This document shows positions 58,329-64,000 of a stretch of 64,000 nt of DNA, one piece after another. This stretch comes from an uncultured delta proteobacterium. Its GTDB lineage: Bacteria; Desulfobacterota; SM23-61. The stretch lies in NCBI GenBank assembly GCA_963712535.1, contig CAVQIK010000008.1, positions 34,798 through 98,797 on the forward strand. The letters run 5' to 3'. A program made the position numbers and the translations under genes. Each line of letters opens with the position of its first letter. Positions within the stretch are counted from its first letter, which is position 1. The notes beneath the pieces are model-generated. The model searched no databases. It was not told the DNA's origin and worked only from the letters and a program-made list of their open reading frames with translations.

Positions 58329-59096
58329 ATGAAAATTTTGGATAAATTCAATCTGGATGGAAAAGTGGCGCTGGTCACCGGGGCCAGCCGGGGACTCGGC
58401 CAGGGGATGGCTCTCGCCCTGGGAGAGGCGGGGGCGAAGGTCGCCCTGGTCGCCCGGACGAAATCCTCCCTGGAAGAGACGGGCCGAATGATCTCCCAAG
58501 CGGGGAGCAAGGCTCACATCATTCCGGCCGACCTGTCCCAAATTGAGGAACTTCAGCGAGTGGTCGGGGAAACCGTCGCCCAATTCGGAAAAGTGGACAT
58601 TCTCATCAACGCAGTGGGCACGCAAGTCCGTAAGCCGGCCGTCGAGATTGTCGAACAGGAATGGGAACACTTGATCGGAGTGAACCTGAAATCTGTTTAT
58701 TTTCTTACCCAGGCCGCGGCGAAGGAGATGATCAAGGCCAAGAAAGGGAAGATCATCAACATTACGTCGCTGACCAGCTTTATCGGCCTGTCCAACGTCA
58801 GCATCTACGGGGCGAGCAAGGGGGGAATCCTCACCCTCACCCGGCAGTGGGCCGTCGAGTGGGCCAAGTACAACATCAATGTCAACGCCATCGGTCCTGG
58901 GTATTTCAAGACCGCCCTCACCGCCGATTTGTTCAAGGATCCCGAAAGATCGAAATGGGTGTTGAACAAGATCCCGCTGGGAAGGACCGGCTTGCCCGAA
59001 GATTTGGCGGGGACAGCGGTATTCCTCGCTTCCGAGGCTTCGGATTACATCACCGGGCAGATTATCAACGTAGACGGCGGCTGGCTGGCCAGTTAA
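58329..59096 (+). CDS. SDR oxidoreductase (KduD/gluconate 5-dehydrogenase-like)
   Basis: TGASRGLG, VNLKSVYFL, YGASKGG, NVNAIGPGYFKT, IP.GR.G.PEDL.G.AVFLAS. Confidence 0.9.
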   Translation: MKILDKFNLDGKVALVTGASRGLGQGMALALGEAGAKVALVARTKSSLEETGRMISQAGSKAHIIPADLSQIEELQRVVGETVAQFGKVDILINAVGTQVRKPAVEIVEQEWEHLIGVNLKSVYFLTQAAAKEMIKAKKGKIINITSLTSFIGLSNVSIYGASKGGILTLTRQWAVEWAKYNINVNAIGPGYFKTALTADLFKDPERSKWVLNKIPLGRTGLPEDLAGTAVFLASEASDYITGQIINVDGGWLAS

Positions 59097-59114
59097 ATAA
59101 ACCAGGAGGTTGAA

Positions 59115-60656
59115 ATGGAGAAGTTTGAAGCCCCCTACTTGTTGGGGATCGATGTGGGTACCACAGGTTGCAAAACGGAATTGATGGACGTCAAGGGGAG
59201 CTCGGCGGCCCGGGCCTACCGGGAGTATCCCCTCATTTTCCCGAAAGTTTCCTGGGTGGAGCACGATGGGGAAGCCGGATGGTGGAAGGCGACGGTGGAT
59301 ACCGTTCAGGAGGTGCTCCAAAAAAGTAAAATCGATCCAAAGGATATCAAAGGCATATCCATCAGCTGCACCAACGCCCTCGTCGCGGTGGACAAGGAGG
59401 GGAATCAGCTCCGTCCGGCCATCATGCAGTTCGACAAGCGGACCATCGATCAGGTGCAGGGCATTAAAACCAAGCTGGGAGACAAGGTCATCAAGATCAC
59501 CGGGAACCAGCCTTCCGCCAGCGGCACGAGCGCTCCGATCATCCTGTGGATGAAGGAGAACGAGCCGGAGATTTTCAAGAGGACCCATTATTTTCTCTGG
59601 CCGGGCGGTTTCGTCAATTACAAGCTCACCGGCGAATTCAACATGGAGTGGTCCCGCGCGAGCTGGACGTGCCTCTTTGAAACCGGTGGAAACAAGAGCT
59701 GGTCCAAGGAAATCTGCAACACCCTGGATATTCCCATGGAAAAACTTCCTCCCCTGGTCCCCTCCTGGAAGATCATCGGAGGGATCACGGAGAAAGCCGC
59801 TAAGATCACCGGCTTGGCCAAAGGGACCCCGGTCGTCGGCGGAATGGCCGACACCCCGGCAGCTGGCATCGGCACGGGCTGCGTGGCTCCGGGCAGGACC
59901 TGCCAGATCATCGGGACGACGGCCCGGCCGTCGGTGACCCTGGACAAGCCCATCTTCGACCCCCGATTCATTAACTGTTGCCATGGGGTCCCCGACTGCT
60001 GGTTCTCGCTCGGAGCGGTGGACAACGCGGGTCTTTCGATCAAGTGGTTCCGGGACCAGTTCGGCCAGCAGGAAGTCAGCATGGCCAACTTGATGAAGCG
60101 GAACGCCTTCGACCTTCTGGACGAGGAAGCCGCCCTTTCTCCCGCCGGGGCCAACGGGATTATCTTTCTCCCCTATCTTGCGGGAGAACGCTCCCCCATT
60201 TGGGACCCCTATGCCCGCGGGGTGTTGTTCGGGTTGTCCGTGACCCATACCCGGGCGGACATCATCCGGGCGGTCCTGGAAGGCGTGGCCTACACTTTCG
60301 CCCACAACCTGGAGATCTTCGAGGGCGACATGGGGATGAAGATGGACGAGGTCTTCCTGAGCGGCGGCGGATCGAAGAGCCTTATGTGGCAGCAGATGCA
60401 CGCCGATGTCTCCGGAAAAGTGGTCAAAGTGGTCAAGGTGAAGGAGAGCGAGGCGATCGGCAACAGCATCCTCGCCGGGTTCGGGGTCGGCATCTACAAA
60501 AACATGGTCGAAGCGGCCGACCGCGTGATCAAGATCGAAAAAGTCGTGGAGCCGATCCGGGAGAATGTGGATCGGTACAAGAAGTTCTTCCAGCTTTATA
60601 AGAAACTGTATGCCCACCTTAAGGACGACTTCTTGGAATTGGCCCGTTTGAGGTAA
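59115..60656 (+). CDS. FGGY-family carbohydrate kinase (xylulokinase-like)
   Basis: LGIDVGTTGCK, GGMAD, LPYLAGERSP.WDP.ARG, RAVLEGVA, SGGGSKS. Confidence 0.92.
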   Translation: MEKFEAPYLLGIDVGTTGCKTELMDVKGSSAARAYREYPLIFPKVSWVEHDGEAGWWKATVDTVQEVLQKSKIDPKDIKGISISCTNALVAVDKEGNQLRPAIMQFDKRTIDQVQGIKTKLGDKVIKITGNQPSASGTSAPIILWMKENEPEIFKRTHYFLWPGGFVNYKLTGEFNMEWSRASWTCLFETGGNKSWSKEICNTLDIPMEKLPPLVPSWKIIGGITEKAAKITGLAKGTPVVGGMADTPAAGIGTGCVAPGRTCQIIGTTARPSVTLDKPIFDPRFINCCHGVPDCWFSLGAVDNAGLSIKWFRDQFGQQEVSMANLMKRNAFDLLDEEAALSPAGANGIIFLPYLAGERSPIWDPYARGVLFGLSVTHTRADIIRAVLEGVAYTFAHNLEIFEGDMGMKMDEVFLSGGGSKSLMWQQMHADVSGKVVKVVKVKESEAIGNSILAGFGVGIYKNMVEAADRVIKIEKVVEPIRENVDRYKKFFQLYKKLYAHLKDDFLELARLR

Positions 60657-60726
60657 GCTCGGGGGCGGGCCTCAGGCCTCCCCCTTCTTGGACGCTTAAC
60701 GCTTCGCAAAATTCAGAACTCCATGA

Positions 60727-60849
60727 ATGCCACGGACCGGGGAATCCAGGACAATTTCCTGGATTCCCGCCCTGGCGGAAATGATGGGCGTGTCGGGGGC
60801 CGTGTTGCTGATCATCGGCGTCCGGCTGATGTTCTACCGGCTGCCGTAA
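60727..60849 (+). CDS. Possible 40-aa single-TM peptide
   Basis: MPRTGESRTISWIPALAEMMGVSGAVLLIIGVRLMFYRLP fills the gap between the kinase and HAD genes. Confidence 0.3.
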   Translation: MPRTGESRTISWIPALAEMMGVSGAVLLIIGVRLMFYRLP

Positions 60850-60876
60850 GACCCGGGCAAAGAGGATGGAAGCGGA

Positions 60877-61515
60877 ATGATGAAAGGTGCGCTCTTCGAT
60901 TGGGACGGGACCCTGCTCAACTCCGAGCCCTGGCTGTTTCGGATTTGGGAAAAGGCGCTCGAATCGCTGGGCCGCACCATCGATGAATCCACCTTCCGGG
61001 GGCTCGTCGGGCTGGTCGCGCGCGATATCGCCGTTACGCTTTATCCCGAAGATTCCCCCGAGACGACTGATTTGATCCTGCGCCGCCGGCTCGAAGCGTA
61101 TGAAGAATTCTACAACCAGGCAAAGCCGTATCCGGATGCGGAAGAATGCCTCGAGGGCCTCTTCCGCCGGGGTTACGCCATGGCCGTTATGACTTCCAAT
61201 TCCGCCGCCCGGGTCCGTGGCTGGCTCGAGAAATTCAAGTGGGATAAATTCTTTCAGGGGGTGGTCGGAGAAGGAATGGTCGCCGAGGCAAAGCCCAGCC
61301 CGCAAATCGTCCAGGCGGCGGCCCGAATGATATCCCTTTCCCCCCAGGAATGTTATGTGATTGGCGATGCTAAATGGGATATCGTCGCCGGCATTCGGGC
61401 GGGCGCAACTACCGTCCTGATCTGCCGGGAAGAGACCAAAGCGAAGGAGCTGATGGCCTTTCATCCTCATTACTGCATAAAAGACTTTCGGGAACTGCTG
61501 GGAATAATCAATTGA
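60877..61515 (+). CDS. HAD-family phosphatase
   Basis: FDWDGTLLNS, MTSN, KPSP, IGDAKWDI.AG..AG. Confidence 0.92.
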   Translation: MMKGALFDWDGTLLNSEPWLFRIWEKALESLGRTIDESTFRGLVGLVARDIAVTLYPEDSPETTDLILRRRLEAYEEFYNQAKPYPDAEECLEGLFRRGYAMAVMTSNSAARVRGWLEKFKWDKFFQGVVGEGMVAEAKPSPQIVQAAARMISLSPQECYVIGDAKWDIVAGIRAGATTVLICREETKAKELMAFHPHYCIKDFRELLGIIN

Positions 61516-61534
61516 ATTCTCTGTGGACCACGAA

Positions 61535-61654
61535 ATGCCGGATCAAAATGCAAAGAACACCGTCCTGATTATCATCACCTTGGACACCAAGAGTGAGGAG
61601 GCGAAATACCTCAAGGAATGGATTATGGAGGACCCTTTCCTCCGATCCCGATGA
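61535..61654 (+). pseudogene. N-terminal remnant of UPF0261 (Tm-1-like) protein
   Basis: VLIIITLDTKSEEAKYLKE matches the TLDTK.EE..YL motif and stops after 39 codons. Confidence 0.6.
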
Positions 61655-61827
61655 GAGGATAGGCTCGCCGGGGCCCTCGGGCTTGAGCTGAAAAACATAG
61701 CCGAGTTGGTGGCCGAAATGATTTGAGGCAAGGCAAGATCGTCGCCCGTTGTCAACCTGAGGCCATAGGATGATGAATTTACCCTTCCATACCAAGCCGA
61801 GGCAAGGCAAGCTTTAGGAGAAGGATC

Positions 61828-62628
61828 ATGAGAAAATGGGTCGAGCTGTCGCAAAAATGCAAGGAAATACTTTGCCTGGAAGGCTCTCCCGTTGCGGTCA
61901 GTCTTCGTAGGGAGCCCTTAACCGGAGTGGAGACCCCGAAAAAGGAGTTTACTTTTTGCCAGTTTACCCAGCAGGCCCGGGTGAAAAGGAAAGTTCTCCA
62001 GGGTACGGCGGAGAATTTGATCTGCTGCAAGGGCGCCAGTGCGCTCGGATTGTATGCGACCCCTCCTGGCGTGATGAGCGGGAAGCGGGACGCCGGCCGG
62101 AAGGTGAAAGACCTCCAGGCGGCCGAAACCCTGCAGAAGGAAATTCCGAAGATTTCGCCGGGAAAATTCCAGACCGTTATCGTCGCGCCCCTGGAAAAAA
62201 CCCCGGTGGACCCTGATGTCGTCCTGATCTTCGGCTATCCGGCCCAGATCTGGCGAGTGGCCCAGTCCGCCACCTGGAAGGACGGAAAAAGGCTAACCTT
62301 TACCACCAGCACGAGCCAGGGGGTATGCGCGGACGGGGTCGTTGTACCGTTTCTGAATGAGGGACTGAACGTAACCCTGGGCTGCACGGGGATGAGGGTG
62401 TTTGCCGGGGCCAGCGAACACCACCTCGTGGCCGGCCTGGCCCGGAAGAAATTTCTTGAGATGATGGAAGGATTGGAAGCAACAAGCTCCCGCGATTATA
62501 CTTACCCGATCCCTTACGAAACGTATGAGGCAACTCCGCAGCTTCCCCGGGCATGGACGATCATGCGGCGGATACCGCCGGAAGTGTTAGCCAACCTGCC
62601 CAAAGAGATTCAGGACATCCTAAAATAG
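61828..62628 (+). CDS. DUF169 family protein
   Basis: L.LEGSPVAV, FCQ, C.GA..LG, C.D...P, TLGC.G.R, and YPIP. Confidence 0.85.
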   Translation: MRKWVELSQKCKEILCLEGSPVAVSLRREPLTGVETPKKEFTFCQFTQQARVKRKVLQGTAENLICCKGASALGLYATPPGVMSGKRDAGRKVKDLQAAETLQKEIPKISPGKFQTVIVAPLEKTPVDPDVVLIFGYPAQIWRVAQSATWKDGKRLTFTTSTSQGVCADGVVVPFLNEGLNVTLGCTGMRVFAGASEHHLVAGLARKKFLEMMEGLEATSSRDYTYPIPYETYEATPQLPRAWTIMRRIPPEVLANLPKEIQDILK

Positions 62629-62644
62629 AAAACAAGGCGCTTTT

Positions 62645-64000
62645 ATGCCGGATCTGGTTTGTCCCGTGTGCGGCCAACCTTCTCTTTCTTCCGAATTGCA
62701 TAAAAGGCTTATCGCCGCGGCCGGCCGAAAAGGGATCGCGGACACCTCCTTTCTGCTTGTTTGTCGGGACTGCAAACTGAAATCCTTCAGCCGGAATCTG
62801 GTGGGGAGAGAACTTCGGAAGGTCCCCCGGGCAAAACCCCTCGCGGTGCGGCGAAAGGAAAGACTTGAGCCCGTCAAGCAGGACTCCCGCCTGGGCACGA
62901 CGGTTTATAAATCCGAGTGCTTCAGCTGCAACCAGGGATGCGACGCCGTGGTCCATGTGAAGGAAGGGAGAGTGGTCCGGGTGGAAGGGGACGCAAGCTC
63001 CCATGTCACCCAAGGGATCCTTTGTACCAAGGGCCTCGCTTCTCCGGAGCACATCCACCACCGCGATAGAATCCTGTACCCGCTGAAGAGGGTGGGGGCG
63101 AGGGGCCAAAACCGTTGGGAGCGCATCTCCTGGGAGGAAGCCCTCGACGCCATCGTGGCCCGGCTGAACGAGACCGAGAAGAAGTACGGCAAAGACGGGA
63201 TTATGCTCGCCACGGGGACTTCCCGCGGTTGGCTCCTGCCCTTTTACCGCTTTGCCAATGCCTACGGAGTTCAATATACGGCCCCGGGCACAGCCCAGTG
63301 TGCCCTGCCCCGCTTCACCGCCAGCACTCTGGTGGGCGGCACGAGATTTTTGGAGAACCCCGATTACGCCCATACGGAGTGCATGCTCATCTGGGGAGCG
63401 AATCCCACCTCCACCTTCCCCGCCAAGGGCCGGGGCATGATGGAGGCTTGGACCCGGGGAGCGGCGCTGATCGTGGTCGATCCCATGTTGACCGAGGCCT
63501 CCTCCAAGGCGGACCTCTGGCTCAACCTTCGGCCGGGGACGGATGCAGCCCTCGCCTTGGGCATGATCAACCTCATCATCGAAGAAGAATTATATGACCG
63601 GACGTTTGTAGAAAAGTGGTGCCATGGTTTTGAAGGATTGAAGAAAAGGGCGGCGGAGTTCCCCCTGGAGAAAGTCTCGGAAATCACCTGGGTCCCCAAG
63701 GAGAAGATCGCCGAAGCCGCCCGGCTCTACGCAACCCGCAAGCCTTCCTCCATCACGATCGTAGTCGCGATCGAGCAGAACGCCGACTCTCTTTCCACGT
63801 GCCGGGCCATCGCCATGCTGGCAGGGCTTACCGGGAACATCGATGTTCCCGGCGGAAACCTCATCCAAATGCCCGTCCCGGTGGGTCTCTGGTTGAAAGG
63901 GGACCTGGCCCTCAACAACATTCTTACGGAGGATCAGCACGAGCGGCGGCTCGGAAGCGGGAAGTACCCTCTCCTTTCGGGAAAACACAGCGTTTCTTTT
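62645..64000 (+). CDS. Molybdopterin oxidoreductase (acetylene hydratase-like), partial, with N-terminal CxxC...CxxC extension
   Basis: Single open frame from ATG 62645 to the window end: CFSCNQGC...LCTKG [4Fe-4S] motif, RILYPLKR, WERISWEEALD, WGANP, VVDP..T, LRPGTD.ALALG, TGNIDVPGG. Confidence 0.88.
   Translation, partial: MPDLVCPVCGQPSLSSELHKRLIAAAGRKGIADTSFLLVCRDCKLKSFSRNLVGRELRKVPRAKPLAVRRKERLEPVKQDSRLGTTVYKSECFSCNQGCDAVVHVKEGRVVRVEGDASSHVTQGILCTKGLASPEHIHHRDRILYPLKRVGARGQNRWERISWEEALDAIVARLNETEKKYGKDGIMLATGTSRGWLLPFYRFANAYGVQYTAPGTAQCALPRFTASTLVGGTRFLENPDYAHTECMLIWGANPTSTFPAKGRGMMEAWTRGAALIVVDPMLTEASSKADLWLNLRPGTDAALALGMINLIIEEELYDRTFVEKWCHGFEGLKKRAAEFPLEKVSEITWVPKEKIAEAARLYATRKPSSITIVVAIEQNADSLSTCRAIAMLAGLTGNIDVPGGNLIQMPVPVGLWLKGDLALNNILTEDQHERRLGSGKYPLLSGKHSVSF

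Noticed and set aside
58308-60617. 769-aa minus-strand ORF (also 55091-56497, 53261-54418, 23349-24605, 51912-52934)
   Set aside because: Antisense shadows of well-supported SDR/kinase, dctM, dctP, cstA and hydrolase genes.
1-64000. Global UGA reassignment (code 4/25) as the explanation for in-frame TGA
   Set aside because: Many full-length genes (asd, coaBC, dctM, trxA-adjacent and others) end normally at TGA. Readthrough looks site-specific.

Overview
GC-rich bacterial chromosomal window, probably Desulfobacterota/deltaproteobacterial. That placement is inferred from rsmD-coaD-aminotransferase and asd-ecfT synteny plus apparent selenoprotein use. No rRNA, tRNA or CRISPR array was seen. Housekeeping genes (glgX, asd, cobO, rsmD, coaD, coaBC, trxA, Lon-like protease, nfeD/SPFH) alternate with three accessory zones. 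(1) 1-1.5 kb is the decayed tail of a defence island, with a truncated pglZ-like start, a MITE and toxin-antitoxin shards. (2) 32-38.6 kb is an island with MNT-HEPN and AbiE-like pairs, an IS481-like remnant and a broken adenylate cyclase. (3) 52-64 kb is a TRAP-transporter catabolic cluster headed by an IolN-like hydrolase. The strongest signals are missed or cut short by the ORF track. Up to four in-frame-UGA selenoprotein candidates with downstream hairpins were found: a rhodanese, a UxxC thioredoxin-like protein, a 53-aa membrane protein and an FmdB zinc ribbon. The UxxC protein belongs to a six-gene divergent locus (20.6-26.1 kb) with a CstA-family transporter and two tandem ArsA/Get3-family ATPases whose catalytic motifs are degenerate in complementary ways. 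Many genes, including normally essential asd, carry single-base frameshifts that are most likely long-read consensus errors, so coordinates of those genes are reconstructed by eye.
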